Shown piece by piece: positions 9,894 through 19,620 of a stretch of 64,000 nucleotides of DNA. The notes beneath the pieces are model-generated. The model was given only the letters and a program-made list of their open reading frames with translations. It did no database searches and had not been told where the DNA came from. The DNA is from an uncultured virus (IMG/VR IMGVR_UViG_3300033064_004648). Lineage: Duplodnaviria; Heunggongvirae; Uroviricota; Caudoviricetes. A program made the translations under genes and the position numbers. Position 1 is the first letter of the stretch. Every line of letters starts with the position of its first letter. The stretch spans positions 1 to 64,000 of IMG/VR virus record IMGVR_UViG_3300033064_004648; one strand, written 5' to 3'.

Positions 9894-10169
9894 ATGCAAG
9901 AATATAAAGGAACAGTCAGACGAGAAGAGAGTGAAGATTTAGAGGTTTTGAATCTTGTTCCGTCTTTTCACGAGAGTAATATCAAACGTCAGTCAGTTTG
10001 TATAGCTCCATTAACGAGACATGAAACTTCAATTATAATGTCAAAGACAAATGAAAAAGGAGGGTCTTCATTCTGTCATTTCATATTTACCGAAAGAGAA
10101 ACAGACATGTTGATTGAGGCTCTGCAAGAAGTAAAAACTAGATGGAAAGAGAATAAGGTAATAGAATGA
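9894..10169 (+). CDS. Hypothetical protein
   Basis: AAGGAGG RBS. Confidence 0.65.
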   Translation: MQEYKGTVRREESEDLEVLNLVPSFHESNIKRQSVCIAPLTRHETSIIMSKTNEKGGSSFCHFIFTERETDMLIEALQEVKTRWKENKVIE

Positions 10170-10175
10170 AGAAAG

Positions 10176-10370
10176 ATGGTTTTTATGCATACTAATATAA
10201 AAAAGTTAAAAAAGATGATAGGGTATTTTCAGGGATTTTCCGACGAAGAAGTTGTAGAAGTTGAAGTTGGAGATGTTAAAAAAGCATTATTAGACCTTTT
10301 AGAGTTAAAAGAAATGGTTGATGTTATTGCTCGCCAGGTTGAGAAATATTACGGAATACCAATAGGATAA
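10176..10370 (+). CDS. Hypothetical protein
   Basis: Stop codon inside a palindromic site. Confidence 0.55.
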   Translation: MVFMHTNIKKLKKMIGYFQGFSDEEVVEVEVGDVKKALLDLLELKEMVDVIARQVEKYYGIPIG

Positions 10371-10393
10371 AAGAAACATTTTATGAGGTTTAA

Positions 10394-10597
10394 ATGGAAG
10401 AAAAAGTAATTAATGGAGTTTTATGTTTCTCTAAAGATAGCGATTTGAAAGGTGGCGAAACAGAATGGGTTCCTTATACGCTTGAATCATTGACAACTGC
10501 TTTTAGGGCAATGAGATCAATGTATGAATCTGCTGATCGAAGAGCAAATAAATTAAATTGCATTGTTGAAAATGTTAGAAAAGATGTTAGATGGTAA
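10394..10597 (+). CDS. Hypothetical protein
   Basis: GAGG RBS supplied by the right arm of a site. Confidence 0.6.
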   Translation: MEEKVINGVLCFSKDSDLKGGETEWVPYTLESLTTAFRAMRSMYESADRRANKLNCIVENVRKDVRW

Positions 10598-10818
10598 CAT
10601 CCTATTCAAGAGGCCATAAAACATATTACAATGGGAGTGAGTGGCTATATTGTGATAACAATAAGCCAGAAGACGAAATGAGACCATGCGCAAGGTGCGG
10701 GAAGTCTCCCACGCCAGAAGGATATGATGCTTGCTTAGGTTATATTGAGGGAGTTAAAAGTGCTTGTTGTGGGCATGGAGTGTCTGTTGTAATAGAAATG
10801 AAAGATGAAACACAATAA
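10591..10818 (+). CDS. Cys-rich conserved phage protein
   Basis: RPC.RCG..PT.EG.DACLG...SACCGHG. Confidence 0.7.
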   Translation: MVTSYSRGHKTYYNGSEWLYCDNNKPEDEMRPCARCGKSPTPEGYDACLGYIEGVKSACCGHGVSVVIEMKDETQ

Positions 10819-10850
10819 AATTACAATTTTATGTGGTTTTAGGAAAACTT

Positions 10851-11339
10851 ATGGAAATAAAAAAAGTTAAAGCCCCAGTTTACAAAAATATTATAGATGG
10901 ATATAAGGAAGTAAACGTTTATATAACTTCCGATGGACAAAAATTTTCGGAACGCGATAAAGATGACGCTAACCGACACGAACATAGACTAAATTACGAA
11001 AAAAGATTATCTGATATAGAACAAGTAACTATCGAAAACATGTTTGATATGGTCCCTGAAAAATGGTTTTATGCTTCTACCAAAGAAGATTTGGATTTTT
11101 TGACAAACCTAAAAGAAGACAAATATAGAAAAGTAGAAATAAACGGAGACTTAAAAGTTGGCGAATGGATAGGGTGTTATGTTTTTGATTGTGGAGACTC
11201 AGGAGAAACTGCAATGTATTATACTCTTTCTTATATAAGGAGCAAAACTATTGAGTTTTTGGAAGATGTTATGAGTAAAACAAATTTAACTATATCTGAT
11301 AATCGCGAAGAACTTAATCGGAAAGATACTTCCGACTAG
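10851..11339 (+). CDS. Hypothetical protein
   Basis: AGGA RBS after a site. Confidence 0.65.
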   Translation: MEIKKVKAPVYKNIIDGYKEVNVYITSDGQKFSERDKDDANRHEHRLNYEKRLSDIEQVTIENMFDMVPEKWFYASTKEDLDFLTNLKEDKYRKVEINGDLKVGEWIGCYVFDCGDSGETAMYYTLSYIRSKTIEFLEDVMSKTNLTISDNREELNRKDTSD

Positions 11340-11393
11340 AAGCATAAAACGTACTTAATCGGCAATATGTTGCCGATTAAAAAAGGAGAAATA

Positions 11394-11609
11394 ATGACAT
11401 TAACAAACGAAGATTTAAATAATAGATTTACATATCATAAGCCAAATGAAAAAACTATAATGACCCATCAACTAATTCGTAATTTTGGTTTAGAATTAGC
11501 CAATGAATTAAACAATCTTTTGCCCGATGGACGAGAAAAGTCTTTGGCAATTACAAAATTAGAAGAAGTAGTTATGTGGGCAAACGCTTCTTTAGCGAGG
11601 AATAGCTAA
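11394..11609 (+). CDS. Acb2/Tad1-like helical hairpin protein, copy 1
   Basis: NRFTYH.P...REKSLAITKLEEVVMWAN resembles the Tad1 C-terminal helix. Confidence 0.65.
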   Translation: MTLTNEDLNNRFTYHKPNEKTIMTHQLIRNFGLELANELNNLLPDGREKSLAITKLEEVVMWANASLARNS

Positions 11610-11657
11610 AACCACATAAAAGATTGATTTTATATGATTTAGAAAAGGAAAAATAAA

Positions 11658-11873
11658 ATGACATTAGACGAAAAAGATTTATTAAATAGATTTACTTATC
11701 ATGCACCAAACGAAAGAGATGTATTAAACCATGAAGCAATTCGAAATTTTGGATTAGATTTAGCGAGAATATTGAATGACTTATTACCAGACTCAAGAGA
11801 AAAGTCATTAGCTATGACAAAACTTGAAGAAGCTATAATGTGGGCAAATGCTGCAATAGCGAGGAATAAGTAA
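11658..11873 (+). CDS. Acb2/Tad1-like helical hairpin protein, copy 2
   Basis: Close paralogue of the previous ORF (REKSLAMTKLEEAIMWAN). Confidence 0.65.
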   Translation: MTLDEKDLLNRFTYHAPNERDVLNHEAIRNFGLDLARILNDLLPDSREKSLAMTKLEEAIMWANAAIARNK

Positions 11874-11926
11874 AACCACATAAAAATATAATTTTATCAT
11901 ATTTTAAAGAGGCTACGAACATATAA

Positions 11927-12460
11927 ATGAATAGAAAAAAATACATTAATAGATACGATATTCAGAAACGTGTCGAAGAATTGGCGATTGAAATAGATTG
12001 TGATTATAGCGGTTTGGATGATCGTATTTGTATTGTCGGCATTTTGCGTGGCGCTTTTATTTTCTTGGCGGATATGTCAAGATTATTAGATACGAGACAC
12101 ACTATTGATTTTATTTCAATTGGTAGTTATGATAAAGATAATTCAGGAAATGTTAGGTTATTGATGGATACAAGAACCGATGTTTCAGGAAAACATGTTC
12201 TTATTGTAGAAGACATTATTGATAGCGGCAAAACAATTAATTATCTTGTTGACTTATTTTTAAATCGAAATGTAGCAAGTGTAAAAACATGTACCTTATT
12301 TAGAAAAAATGGATCAAAAGAAACCTCTAACATAGATTATATTGGATTTGATGTCCCTAAAGAACATTGGCTCGTTGGTTATGGCTTAGATTTTGATAAT
12401 AAATATAGAACATTACCAGATGTCGAAATATTAAAACAATCAGATGAGGAGCTAAATTAA
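11927..12460 (+). CDS. hpt: Hypoxanthine phosphoribosyltransferase
   Basis: VGILRGAFIFLAD, VLIVEDIIDSGKT, VGYGLD...YRTLP. Confidence 0.9.
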   Translation: MNRKKYINRYDIQKRVEELAIEIDCDYSGLDDRICIVGILRGAFIFLADMSRLLDTRHTIDFISIGSYDKDNSGNVRLLMDTRTDVSGKHVLIVEDIIDSGKTINYLVDLFLNRNVASVKTCTLFRKNGSKETSNIDYIGFDVPKEHWLVGYGLDFDNKYRTLPDVEILKQSDEELN

Positions 12461-13527
12461 TGCATAGAGGCGCATATATTATTGTCGGTGCACAATGGGG
12501 CGATGAGGCAAAAGGAATGGTGAGTGCTTATTTGTCCATAAGAGAAAATGCTAAAATTGTTTGTAGGGCTGGAACTGGACCAAACGCAGAACATGGTGTT
12601 TTTCTAAAAGATGAAAAAACATATATAAAAACAAATCAGTTGCCTTTAGGTTGGATATTCAATCCTGATATTCAAATTCGTATTGGGTCTGGTGTAGCCG
12701 TTGATCCAGTCAAACTAATGTATGAAATAAATAAATATAAATTACATAATCGTGTAAAAATAGATTATCGTTGTCCTATTATTACATCAGAACACATTAA
12801 AGCAGAGAAAAACAGCAAGGGAATGGCCTCTATTGGCTCAACATTTAGTGGAACCGGTTATTGTCGAGCAGACTTTATTTTACGAAAAGCAAAGCAGGCA
12901 CGAGACATAGAAGCATTAAAAGACTATATAACGGATTGTAGCACTGAGATAAATAATGAGGCTAGAACTGAAATTGTAATTATAGAGTCTTCACAAGGAA
13001 CATTTCTTTCATTAGCTTTAAGCGAAGATTATCCAAACACAACCTCCGATAATGTTACTGCAATGGCTGCCGCCGATGACGTATTGTTAAATTGGAAAAA
13101 CTTAAAAGAAGTAATTTTAGTTGTAAAAGCATTACCTACTCGCGAAGGTAGCGGAGATATAGGAGCAAGAGAATTATCGTCTGAAGAAATTATTTCTAAA
13201 GGGTTGGTTGAACCAAGTTCAATTGGCGGGAAAACAAGAAGAAAAGCCGAGGGAATTAATTTCGACATGCTAAAATATGCAGTAGAAGTAAATGGGGCAA
13301 CACAAATCGCACTTACATTTTGTGATCATTATGACCCTCAAATTAAAAATGCTAAAGCAATAAGTAAAATTACTCCAAGAATATGGGAATTGATTTATGA
13401 AATCGAAACTTCTACTGGTGTACCGGTTACTATTCTAAATACAGGTAAACCGTATAATTGTATTATTGATCGAACTGAAAATTCTGTTGATTGGGAGAGT
13501 ATAGATAACAATATTCTGAAATTATGA
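12460..13527 (+). CDS. purA: Adenylosuccinate synthetase family protein, short archaeal-type, divergent
   Basis: VGAQWGDEAKG, GPNAEH, ESSQG, YPNTTS, PTREG, NGATQIALTFCD. Confidence 0.85.
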   Translation: MHRGAYIIVGAQWGDEAKGMVSAYLSIRENAKIVCRAGTGPNAEHGVFLKDEKTYIKTNQLPLGWIFNPDIQIRIGSGVAVDPVKLMYEINKYKLHNRVKIDYRCPIITSEHIKAEKNSKGMASIGSTFSGTGYCRADFILRKAKQARDIEALKDYITDCSTEINNEARTEIVIIESSQGTFLSLALSEDYPNTTSDNVTAMAAADDVLLNWKNLKEVILVVKALPTREGSGDIGARELSSEEIISKGLVEPSSIGGKTRRKAEGINFDMLKYAVEVNGATQIALTFCDHYDPQIKNAKAISKITPRIWELIYEIETSTGVPVTILNTGKPYNCIIDRTENSVDWESIDNNILKL

Positions 13528-13844
13528 CAAAATTTATAAGAAAATTTATGGGAATATTTAAAAAACCCGAAGCTAAAAAACCTGATGACAAATATACCAA
13601 AGTTTTTAGGCAATTGGTGCAAGCTCCTAAGATAGACAAAGACATTGCAAATCTTCGTCGGTTTGGTAAGGGATATGTGCTTTCCAATCCAGAGGAGGGT
13701 CTATTCTGGGGGAATGATGAGAAAACAGCCATCAGGATTTACATGGATGAGGAAGCAGCTACTTTTGACCGAGACCGCTTGCCATCTTCCGATGGTTGGC
13801 GTGTTTTTTCGGTTGCAGTATTTTATACAGGCAAGAATAGTTAA
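13524..13844 (+). CDS. Hypothetical protein
   Basis: ATGA overlap with purA. Confidence 0.6.
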   Translation: MTKFIRKFMGIFKKPEAKKPDDKYTKVFRQLVQAPKIDKDIANLRRFGKGYVLSNPEEGLFWGNDEKTAIRIYMDEEAATFDRDRLPSSDGWRVFSVAVFYTGKNS

Positions 13845-13850
13845 GATAAA

Positions 13851-14180
13851 ATGATTAAAATTTCAAAAAACAACAGGTGGCCTAGACCTAATAGTACTAG
13901 ATTGCGTATGATGCATGAAAATAATCCTTGTTGTATTTGGTGTGGGGAAAAAACAGTTTTATATGAAAAATATATCGCGTATTTATCAGACGATGCGGCA
14001 ACAGTAGACCATCTGTTTGTCAGAAAAGATCCTCGAAGAATATATTGCAAAAAACATGGAATTCCATCTTTACTTATTTTAGCTTGCCATAAGTGTAACC
14101 AAAGAAGAGACGATATGCTTTGGGAAAGATTTTGCAGAATAAAGAAAGTTGATATAAATTTTGATTTTGTTTATTGTTAG
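13851..14180 (+). CDS. Small HNH nuclease
   Basis: CIWCG..ATVDH..LACHKCN. Confidence 0.75.
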   Translation: MIKISKNNRWPRPNSTRLRMMHENNPCCIWCGEKTVLYEKYIAYLSDDAATVDHLFVRKDPRRIYCKKHGIPSLLILACHKCNQRRDDMLWERFCRIKKVDINFDFVYC

Positions 14181-14525
14181 GAGTAATCATGAAAAGAGAT
14201 AAGGACAAATTGACGATGAATTTTATAGAAGAGTGGTGCTATAAAGAAGCGGTTCTTGATGCCTATGACGACTTTGGTTTGGAACTTACCGAAGATGAGG
14301 TAATGGAATATTATCATCATCTTTTAAAACGAATCGATAAAAGGAGTAGAGATGAAACAATATGTTGAATTTACTGTGTGGAATTATAAAGAGGAAAGAC
14401 CCGCCACCGAAGAAGAAATAAAAGAACACATTTATATTATATATCATAATGGAAAATGTGTTGTCGAGTGCGATAATGATTATAGCCTGTTGATGGAATA
14501 AAATTGAGATTTTATGTGGTTTAAT

Positions 14526-14711
14526 ATGAAACATTTGCGAAACGACACTTGGACAAAACGATTGAAGGGTATTAGAAGAAAAGGAATTAGATGGGACTAT
14601 AATTTAGACGGAAGATCTGATCATGAAGAGATGTCTTCTTATTGGAAAAAGTATTGGCGTAGGTGGCGAAGAAGAAAATCGCGCAAGGAGATTGATTTTG
14701 AAAACAATTGA
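14526..14711 (+). CDS. Basic hypothetical protein
   Basis: ORF after site 14498. Confidence 0.5.
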   Translation: MKHLRNDTWTKRLKGIRRKGIRWDYNLDGRSDHEEMSSYWKKYWRRWRRRKSRKEIDFENN

Positions 14712-14970
14712 TAAAAAATATTTTAAAAATCCAGAAAAATATATCCCAAAGGGAATATACTGCTATAAAACAACTTCTATTACTTATGACGATAGTGGAT
14801 ATCCACAAATTCATACTGATATTTGTCCTTTTTTTGAGTGGCTAATAAATAAAGAAGGGGCATATTGTCACTACGAAGAGTCTAGCGACGATATATTTTT
14901 ATCGGATCAAGTAAAAATATGTAATATCAATCATTATACCGATGAAGAAATGACGGAGATGAATGAATGA
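14698..14970 (+). CDS. Conserved phage protein (IPKG.YCY...CPF...DQVKIC.IN)
   Basis: AAGGAG RBS before TTG. Confidence 0.65.
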   Translation: MKTIDKKYFKNPEKYIPKGIYCYKTTSITYDDSGYPQIHTDICPFFEWLINKEGAYCHYEESSDDIFLSDQVKICNINHYTDEEMTEMNE

Positions 14971-15170
14971 TAAAAATATTGACAATAGGAAAACATAGTT
15001 TGATATTTCAAAATAAAAGATTTTATATTGTTTTAAATAGACAATTATGGTTTTGGTCTGATAAATGGCAAGAAAGCGAAAAACAAGTTGATCAAGATAT
15101 AAAAGACGGCAATATTCAAACATTCAATAGTGTTGATGAATTTTTTGATGGTTTAAAAGAAGAGGAATAA
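14967..15170 (+). CDS. Hypothetical protein
   Basis: ATGA overlap. Confidence 0.55.
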   Translation: MIKILTIGKHSLIFQNKRFYIVLNRQLWFWSDKWQESEKQVDQDIKDGNIQTFNSVDEFFDGLKEEE

Positions 15171-15171
15171 A

Positions 15172-15765
15172 ATGAATGATAAAGAAAGAATACTTACTAC
15201 AATTTTAGATCAATTTTATTATACTCAAACTTTATGTTTTCATTCCCCCAAAGAAAATGATTTTATTAAAAGTGGTGGTGATACATATGTTCATTTTGGC
15301 GCATATGATGATCGTAAAATTAAAGTGGGCGATTTAGTTATGGGGAAAACTGGTAAGGTTCATGATTTCAAAATAGGATTTGTTCATGAAATTTTGTCTA
15401 AATTTGAGATGGTTATCAGGGAGATAGGTAGCAACAAATTGTGTAATTATTCTAATGAATCGTTCACAAGAATTGTTGGACTTAAACCAAGTGACTTATA
15501 TGAAAAAGGCCAATATGGTTTCTATCAAAAAGTATTAAAAGCTTTTACAAGAGGGAATGAATATTCTTATAGATATGGTGGACTAGAATTTTTAGGAGAT
15601 AATATTGCAAAAATTTGGATTAGAGAGGCGTTCGGTGGTTTTGGGGAGTGTAAATCAAGTCCTTTTTCTTTTAAAATAGAATGGAATAAAAGAACAACAA
15701 TAAAAGAAATACTCAACCTAATGATTGAAAATGGATATGGAACAAAAAAATTTGAAAGGGAATAA
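15172..15765 (+). CDS. Hypothetical protein
   Basis: 197-aa ORF, GAGG RBS. Confidence 0.7.
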   Translation: MNDKERILTTILDQFYYTQTLCFHSPKENDFIKSGGDTYVHFGAYDDRKIKVGDLVMGKTGKVHDFKIGFVHEILSKFEMVIREIGSNKLCNYSNESFTRIVGLKPSDLYEKGQYGFYQKVLKAFTRGNEYSYRYGGLEFLGDNIAKIWIREAFGGFGECKSSPFSFKIEWNKRTTIKEILNLMIENGYGTKKFERE

Positions 15766-15769
15766 AACA

Positions 15770-16453
15770 TTGGAACTAAATAAAATTTATTTTGGTGATA
15801 ATTTAGAGTATGATATCGATGTTGTTCCAGATCTTGTTTTTGCTGATATGATTTATGAAAACCTTGATTTTAGATGGGTCGAAAAGTATTGGTGTATTTT
15901 GAGACATGACGGAATATTTATTGTTATGACAGACTATCATACCGTTGCCCAATTAAAAATATTTATGGATCAATTAGAAAAATCTACCTTTGTAAATTGG
16001 TGTATCTATAAGCAAGAGTGGGGCGGGGTGCCAAAGAAGTCTTTTCCACATAAGCATGACGATATTCTTATATATTGCAAGGGCAAAGATTATAAGTGGT
16101 ATGGGGACAGAATCCAAATTCCAAAAGTTACCGCAGGTACAAAATTAGATAAAAAGGGAACTGGATTAAAAACTCCGTGCTCAGTGTTTGATGATCTTGG
16201 AAATTTCAGTACTATTAGTCGAGAGAGAGTGAAAAAAGACGATGGCCACAATATTCAATGGCAGAAACCCCTAAAACTAATGGACAGATTATTGTTGCCC
16301 TTTACCGACGAAGGAGATTTGATTATAGATCCGTTTTTCGGTTCTGGAACAACTGGCGAATGGTGTATAAAAAATAACCGTAATTTTATTGGGATTGAAA
16401 ATTGTCAAGAACCTTATGAGATAGCCCTGAAAAGAATGAAGTTAAACAAATGA
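15770..16453 (+). CDS. DNA N6-adenine/N4-cytosine methyltransferase, beta class
   Basis: QKP.KL..RL, GDLIIDPFFGSGTT, R.FIGIE; catalytic motif reads DMIY. Confidence 0.8.
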   Translation: MELNKIYFGDNLEYDIDVVPDLVFADMIYENLDFRWVEKYWCILRHDGIFIVMTDYHTVAQLKIFMDQLEKSTFVNWCIYKQEWGGVPKKSFPHKHDDILIYCKGKDYKWYGDRIQIPKVTAGTKLDKKGTGLKTPCSVFDDLGNFSTISRERVKKDDGHNIQWQKPLKLMDRLLLPFTDEGDLIIDPFFGSGTTGEWCIKNNRNFIGIENCQEPYEIALKRMKLNK

Positions 16454-16728
16454 AAATATTAAAATCAATCATGGTAGAAAAAGCAGAAACGGTCGCAATT
16501 GTATGTAATAAATGCGGTACACAATTTGATTGTGAAAAAGATCTTGCCGCCAATCTAATTCATGGATTTCACATACAGTTTTGTTACGGAAGTAAACATG
16601 ATTTAGAAGAATGGTATTTTGATTTATGTGAAAAATGTATAGATAAATTGACGGGTTCTTTTAAAATTAAGCCCACAAAACTTGAAATAGGTCCATTCGG
16701 CGAACAATACGGAAGAGAGTTAAAATGA
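16450..16728 (+). CDS. Zn-ribbon phage protein
   Basis: CNKCG ... YGS.HD ... DLCEKC. Confidence 0.7.
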   Translation: MKILKSIMVEKAETVAIVCNKCGTQFDCEKDLAANLIHGFHIQFCYGSKHDLEEWYFDLCEKCIDKLTGSFKIKPTKLEIGPFGEQYGRELK

Positions 16729-16988
16729 CTACACAAATAGAACATATAGAATGGCATAGTGCAGAGAATCCGCCCAAAACGGACGGTGTCCACAGCGTAC
16801 CGATATTGGCTCAGTCAGCAGATAGACAATATAAAAGTACGTCTTATATGAGTGTATTAAAACATGGAGAACCAACCAGAGAATGGTTTTATGCTTGGTC
16901 TGAATACGATGCAGATAATTATTGTTATAAACAAAAGGAAGTTATCGCATGGGCAGAGAGACCTAAAGGTTGGCAGGAGACAAAATGA
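16725..16988 (+). CDS. DUF551-like phage protein
   Basis: EWH.AE.PP ... VIAWAE.P. Confidence 0.5.
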   Translation: MTTQIEHIEWHSAENPPKTDGVHSVPILAQSADRQYKSTSYMSVLKHGEPTREWFYAWSEYDADNYCYKQKEVIAWAERPKGWQETK

Positions 16989-17200
16989 GTATGTACTTGA
17001 TTGGAGAAATGTCGTTTGATCCATATTATATGAGTCGTGGTGGGCCACTAATTGAACTTTGGAATGGTGAAATCTATCACACTAAATCTAGAGCCGGAAA
17101 AGAACTAAAGAAATTAAAAAAACGATTAGCCGACGAAGGAAATCCTTATCCTCAGCTTTGTCTTATTGACGACGATAAATATAATGTAATTAAAGAATAA
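16985..17200 (+). CDS. Hypothetical protein
   Basis: AGGAG RBS; ends just before a site. Confidence 0.6.
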   Translation: MSMYLIGEMSFDPYYMSRGGPLIELWNGEIYHTKSRAGKELKKLKKRLADEGNPYPQLCLIDDDKYNVIKE

Positions 17201-17228
17201 AACACAATAAAATCACAGTTTTATGTGT

Positions 17229-17257
17229 TTGACAAAAATGGCAATCTATGTTACACT
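17229..17257 (+). promoter_or_regulatory. sigma70-type promoter overlapping the right arm of a site
   Basis: TTGACA-17-TACACT with TG. Confidence 0.65.
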
Positions 17258-17281
17258 GAATAGTGTATAAGTTGGAATAAA

Positions 17282-17611
17282 ATGAAAAAACGAAAATGGA
17301 TTTATATACAGAAACCACAGAGTTATGGAGTTTCTTGTAATTTGTGCAAAGGAATAAATATTGAGTGGTCTGAATATGAGCATATGATATGGTGCTTTGA
17401 TTGTGAGAAAGACGTATCGGGTACAGATGGAATATTTAATGGGCCAATGTTAATGCATACATCTAATTTGTTGGGCATGAATTTTGATAGAATAGAACTA
17501 AAAACCGGACAACGATTATATATGACGCGAAGAGGCGATAAGTTTATTTGGTGTCATAAAAAACCTAATCCAAAATATGATCCACAATACATAAAAAGAA
17601 AAGGTAAATAA
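17282..17611 (+). CDS. Zn-finger hypothetical protein
   Basis: CNLC..WSEY..IWC..C. Confidence 0.65.
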   Translation: MKKRKWIYIQKPQSYGVSCNLCKGINIEWSEYEHMIWCFDCEKDVSGTDGIFNGPMLMHTSNLLGMNFDRIELKTGQRLYMTRRGDKFIWCHKKPNPKYDPQYIKRKGK

Positions 17612-17614
17612 ATT

Positions 17615-17845
17615 ATGAATAATCAAATAGTTAAAAATTGGGAAGAGATTTTCTTAGAATATGCCGATCATATGGCAAAAGAATACGGAGAGAAGGCACG
17701 TACCGATACTGATATGCGTGGAGCATGGTTTTCGCGTGGAGTTGCTAGCGCATACGAAGCACTAAAAGTGGAATTTTATTGTGCAAAGCATGGAATTGAG
17801 CTTGTTCAACCTGAAACGATCGCATCAGAAAAAGCATTGGAGTAG
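17615..17845 (+). CDS. Hypothetical protein
   Basis: AAAGG RBS. Confidence 0.6.
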   Translation: MNNQIVKNWEEIFLEYADHMAKEYGEKARTDTDMRGAWFSRGVASAYEALKVEFYCAKHGIELVQPETIASEKALE

Positions 17846-18110
17846 TGATGAAGAAACCATTTAAGATGAGGTTTTTAATCCACCAGAAACATTCGGCTGT
17901 AATCAATGGGAGACGAAAGATGACTAAAGAAATTGAAATAAACAATGTCGAGGTGCTAAAAGAAATACGCAGAAAACAGTGTATTAATATTGCAAGGCTA
18001 ACCGCAGAAAACAGCAAACTTAAAGACCTTATCCGTAGTCTTTACAGCGATTATTGCGAAGATATGCTTGATAAAATAAGCCTAAGTGTTTTGAGCGAGG
18101 AAAACAACAG

Positions 18111-18395
18111 ATGATTGAATTTGTAAGGTATAGTTTACCAAACGGAAGAAGGACAACCGAAACGATATCCATTGACCCAGAAACAGATCGGCTTGGAAAT
18201 AAATTGATTGAATCCGGCATTGTTTTTTCGACTGAAATTCTAACAACTGGAATGGTTGCACTGTACGCAATAAATAAAAATCTTCCAGATGCCGAAGAAC
18301 AGGAACTTTGTTACATTTCACAAAACGGGCCAGAAATAATTGGCAAGGTGAGAGATATGATAAATGAAGCATCTAAAATGTGGAATAAACAATAA
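18111..18395 (+). CDS. Hypothetical protein
   Basis: GAGGA RBS, ATGA overlap. Confidence 0.6.
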   Translation: MIEFVRYSLPNGRRTTETISIDPETDRLGNKLIESGIVFSTEILTTGMVALYAINKNLPDAEEQELCYISQNGPEIIGKVRDMINEASKMWNKQ

Positions 18396-18589
18396 TGAAA
18401 AAATTATTTATATTGTTTATATTATTTTTATTCAAAAAAACCATAAAGATTTCAATGTATGACAATATTGGAGGGTATTTTGTTGACGAGATAGAAGTAT
18501 CTCAACATGCCCACGGAGAAGAAAAAATTAGAATTACATTAAGGTCAAGGCAAAACACAATAAAACCACAATTTTATAAGGTTTAAAAA

Positions 18590-18925
18590 ATGAATCAAAT
18601 AACTTTAGAACTAGTAAACGCCGAACAAATCTTGCCCCGTCAAGAAATTATAGAAGATAACCCAGAAATTATAAACTATATAAAAGATCAGTTATTTTCT
18701 ACAATTATTCGAACCATAATACGCAAGTATACAAATGAGAATATAATGTGGAAGTTTACATGCAGGCAACATAAAGTATATTCTTCATATGTTATAAGAG
18801 CAACAGCAAAACCTATTATGATTGAAGAACCATTTCTCTCAGCATATAGAGAATTTACTTTGAAAGAAAGAATACAAAGAGCATGGTGTTGTTTTAAACA
18901 AAAATCTAATTATAAAAATTTGTAA
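18590..18925 (+). CDS. Hypothetical protein
   Basis: Follows site 18560. Confidence 0.6.
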   Translation: MNQITLELVNAEQILPRQEIIEDNPEIINYIKDQLFSTIIRTIIRKYTNENIMWKFTCRQHKVYSSYVIRATAKPIMIEEPFLSAYREFTLKERIQRAWCCFKQKSNYKNL

Positions 18926-18987
18926 ATTAAAAAATATAATAAAAAAATTTTATTATGAGTAGATTATGAATAAAAAGGAGACGTTAA

Positions 18988-19188
18988 ATGAATGAGTGGC
19001 ATTTATACGCAAAAAAGAAACCAATTGAGGCTGGCAGACATCTAATAAAATATAAACAATATTGCAATCAGCCACATATATTTACTGTTTTGATAGATAA
19101 AAATGGAGCAAGGTATAGGATCAAGAAGAGCGGATATTGTATGTCAAAGTACGATAAAATGGGTATAGAAAAATGGTTGGCATATTGA
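18988..19188 (+). CDS. Hypothetical protein
   Basis: AAGGAG RBS. Confidence 0.55.
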   Translation: MNEWHLYAKKKPIEAGRHLIKYKQYCNQPHIFTVLIDKNGARYRIKKSGYCMSKYDKMGIEKWLAY

Positions 19189-19216
19189 CATATGCTCTCT
19201 GGATTGGAACAGATTT

Positions 19217-19564
19217 ATGAAGATTGAAAATACCTTTATAGCAAATATATATGTTGGACTTCAAGAAAGATACGGAGATATTCTTCATACAATATATGAA
19301 GTAGAAATTATATGTCAAGAATATTGTAATAGCAAAGGATATTGTGTGACAGTAACGCCAACCCAATTTGTTTACACGGGAGGCCAAGAAGAAGGGTGTA
19401 TTGTAGGACTAATTCAATATCCAAGATTTCCAAAAGAAGAAAATGAAATAAGGGATATAGCAATTCATCTTGCAAAAATATTTATAAAACGTTTAGGTCA
19501 ACTTAGGGTGTCTGTTGTTTGTAGTGATAAAACGTATTTGGTAGAGGCAGATGAAAGAAAATAA
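19217..19564 (+). CDS. Conserved hypothetical phage protein
   Basis: CVTVTPT.F.Y.GG.E.G..VGLI.YPRFP. Confidence 0.7.
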   Translation: MKIENTFIANIYVGLQERYGDILHTIYEVEIICQEYCNSKGYCVTVTPTQFVYTGGQEEGCIVGLIQYPRFPKEENEIRDIAIHLAKIFIKRLGQLRVSVVCSDKTYLVEADERK

Positions 19565-19620
19565 TTTATTAAATGATCTTGAATATAGATTTAATAAAGA
19601 AAATAAGATAAAGGAGAAAA

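Noticed and set aside
12460..13527. PurZ / Z-genome pathway
   Set aside because: Catalytic Asp is retained (GDE) where PurZ has Ser; no adjacent datZ/mazZ recognised
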